From Solirubrobacterales bacterium (lineage in GTDB: Bacteria > Actinomycetota > Thermoleophilia > Solirubrobacterales > Solirubrobacteraceae): DNA of 64,000 bases. Under the pieces are notes generated by a model that searched no databases, had not been told where the DNA came from, and saw only the letters and a program-made list of their open reading frames with translations. The DNA is taken from positions 582 to 64,581 of the forward strand of contig JBBSNY010000010.1 of assembly GCA_038260305.1 (NCBI GenBank), in the 5' to 3' direction. A program made the translations under genes and the position numbers. Every line of letters starts with the position of its first letter. Positions within the stretch are counted from its first letter, which is position 1. This document shows, piece after piece, positions 35,409 to 44,952 of the stretch.

Positions 35409-36145
35409 TGGCGCGCGGATCCGCGCCCGACAGCGCCCGCCGCGGCCCCCTGCCCGAGACGTTCGCGGTCCTGCCCGTCAAGCGCTTCGGCGCCGCGAAG
35501 GCGCGCCTCGGCGACGAGCTGTCCGGCGGCACGCGCCGGGCGCTGGCCGAGGCGATGATGACCGACGTGCTCATGGCCCTACGGCGCACGACCGCCGTCA
35601 CCGACGTGCTGCTCGTGACCTCCGAGCCGGCCGCCGAGGCGATCGGCCGCGGGTACGGGGCGGACGTCCTGCACGATGACCTCGAGGACGGTCAGACCCA
35701 GGCGGCGCTGATCGGCATCGAGGTCGCGATGGAGTCCGGCGCGACGCGGGTCCTGCTCGTGCCGGGCGACACCCCGGCCCTCGATCCCAAGGAGCTCGAG
35801 GCGCTGCTGGACCGGCCGGTCGACGAGCCGTCGGTCGTCATCGTCCCCGATCGTCACGGGACCGGGACGAACGCGCTGCTGCTGACCCCGCCGGACGTCA
35901 TCGAGCCCGCGTTCGGTCCCGACAGCCGCGCCAAGCACGAGCGCGCGGCGGCGGTCGCCCGCGTGCCAGCGGTCGTCGTCGACGTCGAGACGCTCGCGCT
36001 CGACGTCGACACCGCCGAGGACCTCGCGGCGCTGCGAGTCGCGCTCGCCAACCGTCGCGGCGGCGCCGCGCACACGCGCGGCATGCTGAGCCGTTTGGCG
36101 AACACGCGCAAGACCGTCGCGCCCGCCGAGCCGCCCGGCAGTTGA
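35408..36145 (+). CDS. cofC: 2-phospho-L-lactate (phosphoenolpyruvate) guanylyltransferase
   Basis: In-frame part of ORF 35222..36145(+), from ATG 35408, which overlaps the cofD stop. Matching stretches: FAVLPVKRFGAAKARL, LLVPGDTPAL, HGTGTNALLL. Confidence 0.85.
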   Translation: MARGSAPDSARRGPLPETFAVLPVKRFGAAKARLGDELSGGTRRALAEAMMTDVLMALRRTTAVTDVLLVTSEPAAEAIGRGYGADVLHDDLEDGQTQAALIGIEVAMESGATRVLLVPGDTPALDPKELEALLDRPVDEPSVVIVPDRHGTGTNALLLTPPDVIEPAFGPDSRAKHERAAAVARVPAVVVDVETLALDVDTAEDLAALRVALANRRGGAAHTRGMLSRLANTRKTVAPAEPPGS

Positions 36146-36888
36146 TCGCCGCCGCCGCCCTGCCCGGTATGCCGGAGGTGCGGCCCGGCGATGACCTCGC
36201 GCGGCTGCTCGTGGAGGCTGCGCGGGCGCCGTTCGCCAAGGGCTATGTCCTCGTGATCGCGCACAAGGTCGTCTCCAAGAGCGAGGGGCGGGTCGTCGCA
36301 CTCGACACCGTCGAGCCGAGCGAACGGGCGATCGCGCTCGGCGCCGAGCACGGCAAGGACCCGCGCCTCGTCGAGCTCATCCTGCGCGAGAGCAGCGAGA
36401 TCGTGCGCTCGCGACCGGGCGTGCTGATCTGCCGCACCCACCACGGCTTCGTCTGCGCGAACGCGGGCGTCGACGCCTCCAATGCCGGGGCGCCGGGCGA
36501 GGCCGTGCTGCTGCCACGCGATCCGGATGCCTCGGCGTGCGCCCTGCGCGCCCGCCTGCGCGAGCTGACCGGGGTCGCCCCTGCCGTCATCATCGCCGAC
36601 TCCTTCGGTCGCGCCTGGCGGCTGGGCCAGTGCGATGTCGCGATCGGCGTCGCCGGCCTGCGCGCGCTCGAGGACTGGCGCGGGCGCGACGACGCCGCCG
36701 GGCGCCCGCTCGAGGCGACGGTCATCGCAGTCGCCGACGAGGCGGCCGCGGCGGCCGATCTCGCGCGCGCCAAGGACGGCCGTGAGCCGGCCGTGCTCGT
36801 GCGCGGCCTGGAGCGCCATGTCATCGACGTGGACGGCCCGGGGGCGGCGGCCCTGCTGCGAGCTCGTGACGAGGATCTCTTCTTGTAG
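36142..36888 (+). CDS. cofE: coenzyme F420-0:L-glutamate ligase
   Basis: ORF 36142..36888(+). TTG overlaps the cofC stop (TTGA). Matching stretches: IAHKVVSKSEGR, THHGFVCANAGVDASN, ADSFGRAWRLGQCDVAIG. Confidence 0.9.
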   Translation: MIAAAALPGMPEVRPGDDLARLLVEAARAPFAKGYVLVIAHKVVSKSEGRVVALDTVEPSERAIALGAEHGKDPRLVELILRESSEIVRSRPGVLICRTHHGFVCANAGVDASNAGAPGEAVLLPRDPDASACALRARLRELTGVAPAVIIADSFGRAWRLGQCDVAIGVAGLRALEDWRGRDDAAGRPLEATVIAVADEAAAAADLARAKDGREPAVLVRGLERHVIDVDGPGAAALLRARDEDLFL

Positions 36889-37043
36889 GTGGGCTGGACC
36901 GACGTGACATCGAGTGCCTCAGAGGGCGCGATATGGGCGGCCGGAGATCATCGCGGCCGCGGCGGCTCGACGTTCTCATTCACGCGCCAGCTATCGAGAG
37001 CGCGAGGTTGGGCACCGTGGGCCGTGGGGTATCTGCGATCACC

Positions 37044-37553
37044 ATGAACGCCGAGATCACCTTGCACGTCGACGGCGCGGCGCGATCGCTGACCGTCGAC
37101 ACCCGCACGACGCTGCTCGACGCGCTGCGCGAGCGACTCGCCAACACGAGTCCGAAGAAGGGCTGCGACCACGGTCAGTGCGGCGCCTGCACGATCCTGC
37201 TCGACGGGCGCCGTGTGCTGGCCTGCCTCGCGCTCGCCGTCGCCCACGACGGGGCGCACATCACGACCGCCGACGGCCTGCAGCACGACGGGGTGCTGCA
37301 CGCGGTCGCGCAGGCGTTCATCGACCACGACGCCTTGCAGTGCGGCTACTGCACGCCCGGGCAGATCTGCTCGGCGGTCGGGATGCTCGACGAGCTCGCC
37401 GCCGGCCGGCCGAGCGCGGCAACGCCCGCCGGCGCCGAACCACTGCTGGATGACGACGAGATCGCCGAGCGCATGAGCGGCAACCTCTGCCGTTGCGGCG
37501 CGTACATGAACATCGTCCCGGCGGTGCGCCAGGCCGCGGAGGCGACGCGATGA
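37044..37553 (+). CDS. molybdenum hydroxylase (xanthine dehydrogenase family) [2Fe-2S] small subunit
   Basis: ORF 36933..37553(+), trimmed to ATG 37044. Cys clusters GCDHGQCGACTILLDG and QCGYCTPGQI, plus NLCRCGAY. Confidence 0.9.
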   Translation: MNAEITLHVDGAARSLTVDTRTTLLDALRERLANTSPKKGCDHGQCGACTILLDGRRVLACLALAVAHDGAHITTADGLQHDGVLHAVAQAFIDHDALQCGYCTPGQICSAVGMLDELAAGRPSAATPAGAEPLLDDDEIAERMSGNLCRCGAYMNIVPAVRQAAEATR

Positions 37554-38539
37554 GGCCTTTTCTCTACGACGCGCCTGGCGAAGCGCTCGACGCGGTGCGC
37601 GCCGTGGCGGCCGATCCCGACGCGATGTTCCTCGCCGGCGGCACGAACCTCGTCGACCACCTCAAGCTCGGCATCATCGAGCCCGGCCGGCTCGTGGACG
37701 TCCGCGCGCTGACCTCGAGCGAGATCGTCGAGCGCGACGACGGAGGGCTGAGCATCGGGGCGGCGGTCCGTAACGCGGACCTCGCCGCCGATCCCCGCGT
37801 ACGCAAGCGCTACCCGGTGCTCTCCGAGGCCCTGCTCGCCGGCGCCTCCGGGCAGCTGCGCAACATGGCGACGACCGGCGGCAACCTGCTGCAGCGCACG
37901 CGCTGCACGTACTTTCAGGACGTCACGACGCCGTGCAACAAGCGCGTGCCGGGCAGCGGCTGCTCGGCCGTCGGCGGCTGGACGCGCAACCACGCGATCC
38001 TCGGCACTTCCGCCGACTGCGTTGCGACGCACCCCTCCGACATGGCCGTCGCACTCGCCGCGCTCGACGCACGCGTCCACATCCTCGGCCTGGACGGCGA
38101 GCGCATGATCGCGCTCGGCGACCTGCATCGCCTGCCCGGCGCCGCGCCGCAGCGCGACACCGTGCTCGAGCACGGCGAGCTCATCACCACCGTCGAGCTG
38201 CCCGCCGCGGCGTGCGCCTCGAACTCGCGCTACCGCAAGGTCCGCGACCGCGCCTCCTACGCGTTCGCGCTCGTCTCGGTCGCCGCCGCGCTCGACGTCC
38301 GCGACGGCACCGTGCGCGATGTCCGGATCGCGCTCGGCGGCGTCGCGCACAAACCCTGGCGCGCGTCGCTGGCGGAGGACGCGCTGCGCGGCGCGCCGGC
38401 GACGATCGACAGCTACCGCGCCGCGGCCGATGCCGAGCTGTTCGTGGCACGGGCGCTCGACGGCCTCGACGGCGGCAATGCCTTCAAGATCGATCTGCTG
38501 CGACGCACGCTGACCGCGACGCTACGAGACCTGACATGA
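37550..38539 (+). CDS. molybdenum hydroxylase FAD-binding medium subunit
   Basis: ORF 37493..38539(+). ATG 37550 overlaps the small-subunit stop (ATGA). FLAGGTNLVDHLKLGI and ATTGGNLLQRTRC. Confidence 0.9.
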   Translation: MRPFLYDAPGEALDAVRAVAADPDAMFLAGGTNLVDHLKLGIIEPGRLVDVRALTSSEIVERDDGGLSIGAAVRNADLAADPRVRKRYPVLSEALLAGASGQLRNMATTGGNLLQRTRCTYFQDVTTPCNKRVPGSGCSAVGGWTRNHAILGTSADCVATHPSDMAVALAALDARVHILGLDGERMIALGDLHRLPGAAPQRDTVLEHGELITTVELPAAACASNSRYRKVRDRASYAFALVSVAAALDVRDGTVRDVRIALGGVAHKPWRASLAEDALRGAPATIDSYRAAADAELFVARALDGLDGGNAFKIDLLRRTLTATLRDLT

Positions 38540-38677
38540 GCGCCGCGAGACCGGGCTCGGGCGATCTGCCGCGACGCGTGCGCACAGCGACCCCGCGGGA
38601 TCTCGCATGAGCGCCGCGAAGCCGGACTCGGGCGTGCTGCTGGAGCGCCACGCGATCGGGCGCGATCTCGCTCGCCG
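38536..38677 (+). repeat. diverged ~71-bp tandem duplication of the 5' end of the large-subunit gene, creating a 24-codon bridging ORF
   Basis: catgagcgccgcgagaccgggctcgggcg (38535) against catgagcgccgcgaagccggactcgggcg (38606), 26/29 identical. Both units end in gatctcgc. The peptides are MSAARPGSGDLPRRVRTATPRDLA* and MSAAKPDSGVLLERHAIGRDLA... Confidence 0.8.
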
Positions 38678-40718
38678 CGACGGCCGCGCGAAGGTCACCG
38701 GGACCGCACGCTACGCGGTGGAGGCGGCCGTCGAGCGGCCGCTGTTCGTGCATCCGATCCAGGCGACGATCGCGCTCGGGACCGTCGCCGAGCTCGACAC
38801 CTCCGCCGCCGACGAGCTCGAAGGTGTCGTCGTCGTGCTGACGCCCGCCACGGCCGAGCGCCTGGCGAGCACCGACGACGCGGAGCTCGCGATCCTGCAG
38901 ACCGACGAGGTTGCGTTTCGCGGCCAGATCATCGGGGCGGTCATCGCTCGGACGTCGGAGGTCGCGCGCGACGCCGCCGACCTCGTGCGCGTCCGCTACG
39001 CCGAACGCGAGCACGACGTCGAGTTCTCCGCCGACCGCGACGACCTCTACAAGCCCGAGAAGGTCAACGCGGGGTTCGAGGCCGACACCGTCGAGGGTGA
39101 CGTCGATGCGGCGATGGGCGCCGCGGCGGCGACCGTCGACGAGACGTACACGACGGCGATGGTCCACAACAACCCGCTCGAGCCGCACGCCTCGACGGCC
39201 CTGTGGGACGACAAGACGCTGACGTTGTGGGATTCGACGCAGGGCGTGCACTCGGCGCGCTCGGTCCTAGCGGAGGTGTTCGGGCTCGCGGAGGAGCAGC
39301 TGCGGGTCATCTGCCCGTACGTCGGCGGCGGCTTCGGATCGAAGGGCACGCCGCACGCGAACGTCGTGCTCGCCGTGCTCTGCGCCCGCGCCGTGCCCGG
39401 CGAGCCCGTCCGCCTCGCGCTCACGCGCCAACAGATGTTCGCGCTCGCCGGCTACCGCACCCCGACGATCCAGCGCGTGCAGCTCGCCGCCGACCCCGAC
39501 AGCCGCCTGCTGGCGATAGCCCACGACGTCGTCGAGCTGACCTCGAAGATCAAGGAGTACGCCGAGCAGACCGCCGTCGCGACGCGCGGCATGTACGCAG
39601 CGCCCAACCGGCGCACGACGCACCGGCTCGCCGCGCTCGACCTGCCCGTCCCCTCGTGGATGCGCGCGCCGGGCGAGTGCCCCGGGATGTTCGCGCCCGA
39701 GGTCGCGCTCGACGAGCTCGCCGAGAAGCTCGGCATCGATCCGATCGAGCTGCGCATCCGCAACGAGCCCGAGGTCGACCCGGAGTCAGGCAAGCCGTTC
39801 TCGAGCCGGAACCTCGTCGCGTGCCTGCGCGACGGCGCCGCGCGCTTCGGCTGGGGCGAGCGCAACGCGCCGCCCGGCAGCCGCCGCGAGGGCGACTGGC
39901 TCCTCGGCACGGGGGTCGCGGCATCGATCTACCCGACGTACCGGATGTCCGCGTCGACGGCCAGGATCCGCTTCGAGGGCGGCCGCTACGGCGTGCAGAT
40001 CGGCGCCGCGGACCTCGGCACCGGCACGTGGACGACGCTCGCGCAGATTGCGGCAGACGCGCTCGCCGTGCACGTCGACCACGTCAACCTGCAGATCGGC
40101 GACACGCGCCTGCCGTATGCGTCGGTGGCCGGCGGCTCGTCGGGGATGACCACGTGGGGTTCGGCCGTCGTCGAGGCCGCCTCCGCGTTCCGCAACGCGT
40201 TCGGCGACGAGCCCGCCGACGGCGACGAGGCCCAGGGCGACGTCGGTCGCGCGAGCGAGGACTACAAGATGTCCGCCTACGGGGCACAGTTCGCCGAGGC
40301 CCGGGTGAACATCGACACCGGTGAGGTCCGCGTTCCGCGCCTGCTCGGCGTCTTCGCCTGCGGCCAGATCATCAACCCGCGCACGGCGCGCTCGCAGTTC
40401 ATCGGCGGGATGACCATGGGCCTGTCGATGGCGCTGCACGAGTCCAGCGTCGTCGACCCGCGCTTCGGCCACGTCGTCACCCACGACCTCGCCGACTACC
40501 ACGTCGCCGCGAACGCCGACGTCGGCGAGATCGAGGCGCACTGGGTCGAGGAGCACGACCCGCACGTCAACGCGATGGGCTCCAAGGGCATCGGCGAGAT
40601 CGGGATCGTCGGCACCGCCGCCGCGATCTCCAACGCCGTCTACGACGCGACCGGCGTGCGCGTACGCTCGCTGCCGATCACGCTCGACAAGCTCCTCGCG
40701 GGGCTACCCGCCCAATAG
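38607..40718 (+). CDS. molybdenum hydroxylase molybdopterin-binding large subunit
   Basis: ORF 38607..40718(+), 703 aa. Aldehyde oxidase/xanthine dehydrogenase a/b-hammerhead and MoCo-binding patterns: GTARYAVE, VGGGFGSK, GEIGIVGTAAAISNAV. Confidence 0.9.
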   Translation: MSAAKPDSGVLLERHAIGRDLARRDGRAKVTGTARYAVEAAVERPLFVHPIQATIALGTVAELDTSAADELEGVVVVLTPATAERLASTDDAELAILQTDEVAFRGQIIGAVIARTSEVARDAADLVRVRYAEREHDVEFSADRDDLYKPEKVNAGFEADTVEGDVDAAMGAAAATVDETYTTAMVHNNPLEPHASTALWDDKTLTLWDSTQGVHSARSVLAEVFGLAEEQLRVICPYVGGGFGSKGTPHANVVLAVLCARAVPGEPVRLALTRQQMFALAGYRTPTIQRVQLAADPDSRLLAIAHDVVELTSKIKEYAEQTAVATRGMYAAPNRRTTHRLAALDLPVPSWMRAPGECPGMFAPEVALDELAEKLGIDPIELRIRNEPEVDPESGKPFSSRNLVACLRDGAARFGWGERNAPPGSRREGDWLLGTGVAASIYPTYRMSASTARIRFEGGRYGVQIGAADLGTGTWTTLAQIAADALAVHVDHVNLQIGDTRLPYASVAGGSSGMTTWGSAVVEAASAFRNAFGDEPADGDEAQGDVGRASEDYKMSAYGAQFAEARVNIDTGEVRVPRLLGVFACGQIINPRTARSQFIGGMTMGLSMALHESSVVDPRFGHVVTHDLADYHVAANADVGEIEAHWVEEHDPHVNAMGSKGIGEIGIVGTAAAISNAVYDATGVRVRSLPITLDKLLAGLPAQ

Positions 40719-40726
40719 CGGCCGAC

Positions 40727-41200
40727 TCAGGCGGGGCCGACGTGCTCGACGCGGTAGCGGCGCTCGCCGCCGGGCGCCGACACAGACACCGTGTCGCCGG
40801 CGCGTGCGCCGACGAGCGCGCGGGCGACGGGCGACTCGGAGGACAGCTTGCCGGTCTTGAGATCGGCCTCGGTCGGGCCGACGAGCGTGAAGACGGCCTC
40901 GCGGCCGGAGGAGTCGTCGATGACCTTCACCTTCGAGCCGAAGCCGACGACGTCCGGGTCGGCGGTGCCCTCCACGACGCGGGCGGCACGCAGCCGCTCG
41001 GTCAGGCGCTTGATCTTCGTCTCCAGGTGCGCCTGGTCCTCCTTGGCGATGTGGTACTCGGCGTTCTCCTTGAGGTCGCCGAGCTCGCGCGCCGCCTTGA
41101 TGCGAACCGCCATCTCCGCGCGGCCCTCGCTCTCGAGCTGCGCGATCTCCGCGCGCAGCGCCGTCAGGCCTTCGGGGGTGATCTGTTCGGGTTCGAGCAT
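40727..41200 (-). CDS. greA: transcription elongation factor GreA
   Basis: ORF 40727..41200(-). Matching stretches: DLKENAEYHIAKEDQAHLETKIKRL and LSSESPVARALVGARAGD. Confidence 0.95.
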   Translation of the reverse strand: MLEPEQITPEGLTALRAEIAQLESEGRAEMAVRIKAARELGDLKENAEYHIAKEDQAHLETKIKRLTERLRAARVVEGTADPDVVGFGSKVKVIDDSSGREAVFTLVGPTEADLKTGKLSSESPVARALVGARAGDTVSVSAPGGERRYRVEHVGPA

Positions 41201-41241
41201 CGGGGCAGCCTAGCGCCGCCCCGAAGCGGCCGCGCGGCGGG

Positions 41242-43452
41242 CTACGCGGCGGCCGGCAGCTCGTAGCGCCGGCGCGGCTCGTAGAGCGTCGTGCGCTCCG
41301 CCGCCGGTCGCCCGGCGCGGTGGGCGGCGGCGACGAGGTCGTGCGGTTCGAGGCGGACGCCGTGGTAGCTGCCGGCGAGGCGGCTGATGTTCTCCTCCAT
41401 GAGCGTGCCGCCGAGGTCGTTGACGCCCCAGCGCAGCGCGTCGGTCGCGGCATCCAGGCCCATCTTCACCCAGCTCGCCTGGAGGTTGACGACGCTGCGC
41501 CCGAGCGCGAGCCGGAACGCAGCGGTGTGCTTGAGGTTCTCCGCCACGGAGATCTCCTGCACGCCGTGCGTGCGGCCGAGCAGCGTGTGAAAGGGGATGA
41601 AGCTCAGCGGCACGAACTCCGTGAAGCCGCCCGTGCGGGCCTGCAGGTCCCGCACGACGCGCATGTGCTCGGCGAGCTCCCACGGCTCCTCGATGTGGCC
41701 GAACATGACCGTGACGGTCGAGCGCAGCCCGGCTCGATGCGAGGCTTCGATGATCTGCACCCAGCGCGCCACCGGCAACTTGTTCGGGCTGATGCGCTGG
41801 CGCACCCCGTCGTGCAGGACCTCGGCCGCCGTGCCCGGCGTCGAGTCCAGGCCGGCCTCGCGCAGGCGCTCGAAGACGGCGTCGGGCGCGAGGCCGCTGA
41901 CGTCGCACATGTGCGAGATCTCCATCGGCGAGTAGGCATGCAGGTGCAGCTGCGGCGCGGTGTCCTTGGCGAGCCGCAACCACGACTCGTAGTCCTCCAG
42001 GCCCCAGTCCGGGTGGATGCCCGACTGCATGCAGAGCTCGGTCGCGCCGAACGCGACGGCCTCGTGCACGCGCGCGACGAACTCGTCGCGGCCGTACTCG
42101 TAGGCGTCGGGCGAGCGCTTGCCCTGGCCGAAGCCGCAGAACGCGCAGCCGACGATGCAGACGTTCGAGACGTTGACGTTGCGGTTGACGACGAACGTGA
42201 CGGTGTCCCCGCAGAGCTCGGCGCGCAGCTCGTCGGCGGCCTGACGCATGTCCTCGATCGCCTCCGGCCGCGTCTCGGCGAACAGCGCGGTGAGTTCGTC
42301 GGGCGTCAGCGCGACACCCTCGCGCCCGCGCCGGATCGCGCCGGCGGCGAGGTCCGGGCGCAGCGGGCGCGGCGGCTGCGTGCGGCCGCTGCCGCGGCGC
42401 GGGATGAAGCTCCAGAAGCGCGCCTTGATGACGTCGAGCACGGCCGGTGCGACCCACTGCGGATCGATGTACCGCGGGTAGACGCACAACCTCTCGGTCA
42501 GCGCGAAGCCGTCGGGCGCGAGGCGCTTTCGGACCTGGTGCGGCGAGGGAAACGCGTGCTCGGGCGAGATGTGGTCGCCGTTGGCGCTCAAGCCCCCGAG
42601 GTCGGTCGCGCCGGCGCGCACGAGCTCGAGCCACCAATCGGCGAGGTTCGGCGGCACCTGCACGCCGACGTCCGGCAGCAGCCGGTGCGTCTCGGCGATC
42701 AGCCGCTTCATGTCCTCGATCGTCACCGCCGTCGCCCACTTCGGCAGGTCCATGCGCGGGCCGTGGCCGATCCCGGTGCGCCACAGCTCACGGGCGCTCT
42801 CGTCGGCGATCTGCGCCGGCTCGCGGCCGTAATAGCTCGAGTGCGGGACGAAGTTCTGCAGGATGACCTCCTGCAGGTGGCCGTGCTCGGCATGGACGGC
42901 TGCGAGCGCCTCGAGCGCCGCGATCCGCTCGTCCTCGCTCTCGCCGATGCCGACGAGGATCCCGCTCGTGAACGGGATCCGCAGCTCGCCCGCCGCGGCG
43001 ATCGTCTCCAGCCGTCGCGCGGGGTGCTTGGAGGGCGAGCCCTGGTGGGCGACGAGATCGGGGTTGACGGACTCGAGCATGAGCCCCTGCGAGGCGCTGA
43101 CCTCGCGCAGGCGAGCGAGATCGGCGCGTGACAGCACGCCGAGGTTCGTGTGCGGCAGCAGGCCGCGCTCGAGCGCCCGCTCGCAGGCCCAGACGACATA
43201 CCCGACGAAGTCCTCGTGGCCGTACTCGCGCAGCAGCGTGCGCACGCCGGCGTCGACCTCCGGCCGCTCGCCGGTCAGCACGAGCAGCTCCTTGACGTTG
43301 CGTTTCGCGGCGCCGTCGAGCAGCGCGAGCACCTCGTCGGGCGCGTGCAGATGTGTGCGGTGCGTCGCGAACGCGCAGTACTTGCAGTAGCAGCGACACG
43401 TCCGCGACAGCGAGAGCGTCAGGTTGCGGCTGAAGGTGACCCGCCGGCGCAC
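41242..43452 (-). CDS. fbiC: FO synthase (fused CofG/CofH), F420 chromophore biosynthesis
   Basis: Tail of ORF 41242..44418(-), from GTG 43452 (VRRRVTFSRNLTLSLSRTCRCYCKYCAF). Second radical-SAM cluster NVCIVGCAFCGF. Start uncertain. Confidence 0.9.
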   Translation of the reverse strand: MRRRVTFSRNLTLSLSRTCRCYCKYCAFATHRTHLHAPDEVLALLDGAAKRNVKELLVLTGERPEVDAGVRTLLREYGHEDFVGYVVWACERALERGLLPHTNLGVLSRADLARLREVSASQGLMLESVNPDLVAHQGSPSKHPARRLETIAAAGELRIPFTSGILVGIGESEDERIAALEALAAVHAEHGHLQEVILQNFVPHSSYYGREPAQIADESARELWRTGIGHGPRMDLPKWATAVTIEDMKRLIAETHRLLPDVGVQVPPNLADWWLELVRAGATDLGGLSANGDHISPEHAFPSPHQVRKRLAPDGFALTERLCVYPRYIDPQWVAPAVLDVIKARFWSFIPRRGSGRTQPPRPLRPDLAAGAIRRGREGVALTPDELTALFAETRPEAIEDMRQAADELRAELCGDTVTFVVNRNVNVSNVCIVGCAFCGFGQGKRSPDAYEYGRDEFVARVHEAVAFGATELCMQSGIHPDWGLEDYESWLRLAKDTAPQLHLHAYSPMEISHMCDVSGLAPDAVFERLREAGLDSTPGTAAEVLHDGVRQRISPNKLPVARWVQIIEASHRAGLRSTVTVMFGHIEEPWELAEHMRVVRDLQARTGGFTEFVPLSFIPFHTLLGRTHGVQEISVAENLKHTAAFRLALGRSVVNLQASWVKMGLDAATDALRWGVNDLGGTLMEENISRLAGSYHGVRLEPHDLVAAAHRAGRPAAERTTLYEPRRRYELPAAA

Positions 43453-43563
43453 CCCGCTGAGTCTAGGCTCCGGGCCACCCGGGCCGGCTGGGCCGGGCCG
43501 TGGCAGGCCGGCGCGCCGCAGCGGCCCGCCCCGGCACCCGCCCACCGTATGCTCGTCGCCGAC

Positions 43564-44556
43564 ATGGGTCGCACGCGCGTCACGGCGTTCCTGCTCGCCG
43601 CCGCGCTCGGCCTCGCCGCCTGCGGGGCCGCGGGCGACGACGTCACCCCGAACGCAACGCCGACGTTGCTGCTGGACTTCCAGCCCAACGCCGTCCACGC
43701 CGGCATCTACATGGCCGTCGCCCGCGGTTATGACACAGCGCTCGGCGTCCACCTGCGCATCCGTGCCCCATCGGACTCGACCGACGCGGTGAAGCTGCTC
43801 GTCGCCGGCCGCGCCGACCTCGCGATCCTCGACATCCACGACCTTGCGCTCGCCCGCGAGCGCGGCAAGGACCTCGTCGGCGTGATGGCGATCGTCCAGT
43901 CCCCGCTGGCCGCCGTGCTCGCGCTGCCAAACGTCAAGACGCCACGGCAGCTCGAAGGCCGCCGCGTCGGCGTCACCGGGCTGCCGAGCGACGACGCCGT
44001 CCTGCGCTCGATCGTCAAGGGCGCCGGCGGCGATCCGGACAAGCTGCGCCCGACGACGATCGGCTTCACGGCGGTGCCGAGCCTGCTGAACGGGCGCGTT
44101 TCGGCGGCGACCGGCTTCTGGAACGACGAGGGCGTCGCACTGCGCGCCAAGCGCCCCGGCGTGCACGTCTTCCGGGTCGACGACTACGGCGCCCCGGCCT
44201 ACCCCGAGCTCGTCCTCACGACGACACGTCAGACGCTGCAGGACGAGCCCGCGACGATCCGCGCGACGGTCGCCGCCCTGGCGCGCGGCTACTCGGAGGT
44301 CATGAGCGATCCCGACAGCGCCGTCAGCACGCTGCTCGCGGCGACGAGCGGCCTCGATCGCGCGGATGTCGCGCGCAAACTCGATGCCGTCGCGCCCGAG
44401 TTCACGAGCGGCGCGCACGCCTTCGGCGAGCTCGATCCCGCCCGCCTACGGGCGTGGGCCCGCTGGGAGCTTCGCTTCGGCATCGTCAAGCGCCTACCCG
44501 ACGTCGCGAAGATGTTCGACGGCCGCTTCGTACCGCGCTCCGACGACCGCGACTGA
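43564..44556 (+). CDS. ABC-transporter substrate-binding lipoprotein (NMT1/THI5-like, nitrate/sulfonate/bicarbonate type)
   Basis: Tail of ORF 43150..44556(+), from ATG 43564 (ATG 43549 also in frame). Lipobox LGLAAC. LLLDFQPNAVHAGIYMAVARGY. No permease or ATPase gene is adjacent. Confidence 0.75.
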   Translation: MGRTRVTAFLLAAALGLAACGAAGDDVTPNATPTLLLDFQPNAVHAGIYMAVARGYDTALGVHLRIRAPSDSTDAVKLLVAGRADLAILDIHDLALARERGKDLVGVMAIVQSPLAAVLALPNVKTPRQLEGRRVGVTGLPSDDAVLRSIVKGAGGDPDKLRPTTIGFTAVPSLLNGRVSAATGFWNDEGVALRAKRPGVHVFRVDDYGAPAYPELVLTTTRQTLQDEPATIRATVAALARGYSEVMSDPDSAVSTLLAATSGLDRADVARKLDAVAPEFTSGAHAFGELDPARLRAWARWELRFGIVKRLPDVAKMFDGRFVPRSDDRD

Positions 44557-44568
44557 CCACGGCCCGTC

Positions 44569-44871
44569 TCACAGCAGCAGGGCCATGATCTGCGACGAGC
44601 GCAGCGTGCCGTCGCGGCGGCGGTAGTGGTTGCGAAGGATCCCCTCCGTCTCGAAGCCGCAGGACGCATACAGCGCGATCGCCCGCTCGTTGTCTGGCCA
44701 GACCTCGAGCTCGAGCTTGTGCATCCCCTCGCCGCGTGCGTGCTCGATGGCGACCGCGAGCATCGCGCGCCCACGGCCCTTGCCGCGTTGCGCGGCGATG
44801 ATCGACATCCCGAGCGAGCCGACGCCCGCAACGCGGGTGCGTTCAGCGCCGCTGCCCTCGCGCGCGCTCAT
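44569..44871 (-). CDS. short GNAT-type acetyltransferase (C-terminal half only; possibly truncated)
   Basis: ORF 44569..44871(-), 100 aa. Acetyl-CoA motif AAQRGKGRGRAML and C-terminal LYASCGFETEG. The N-terminal strands expected for GNAT are not present upstream in any frame that I could read. Confidence 0.55.
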   Translation of the reverse strand: MSAREGSGAERTRVAGVGSLGMSIIAAQRGKGRGRAMLAVAIEHARGEGMHKLELEVWPDNERAIALYASCGFETEGILRNHYRRRDGTLRSSQIMALLL

Positions 44872-44952
44872 ACCGGCTTCCTACCGCGGCCAGTCGCCAT
44901 CCATGCCCGCGTTCGATGTGCTGGACGCATCGCCGCGCAGGACGACCAAGGG

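Noticed and set aside
43453-43563. TPP riboswitch upstream of the NMT1/THI5-like binding protein
   Set aside because: I could not see the conserved THI-box elements (CUGAGA and the ACCUGAUCUGGAUAAUGCCAGCG-like core). The region is just GC-rich leader shared with divergent fbiC.
44872-44952. Missing N-terminal half of the 100-aa GNAT gene
   Set aside because: I read the three minus-strand frames upstream of 44871 and found no GNAT-like strands. I cannot tell whether the gene is truncated or a minimal variant, so I left it as a low-confidence CDS rather than calling a pseudogene.
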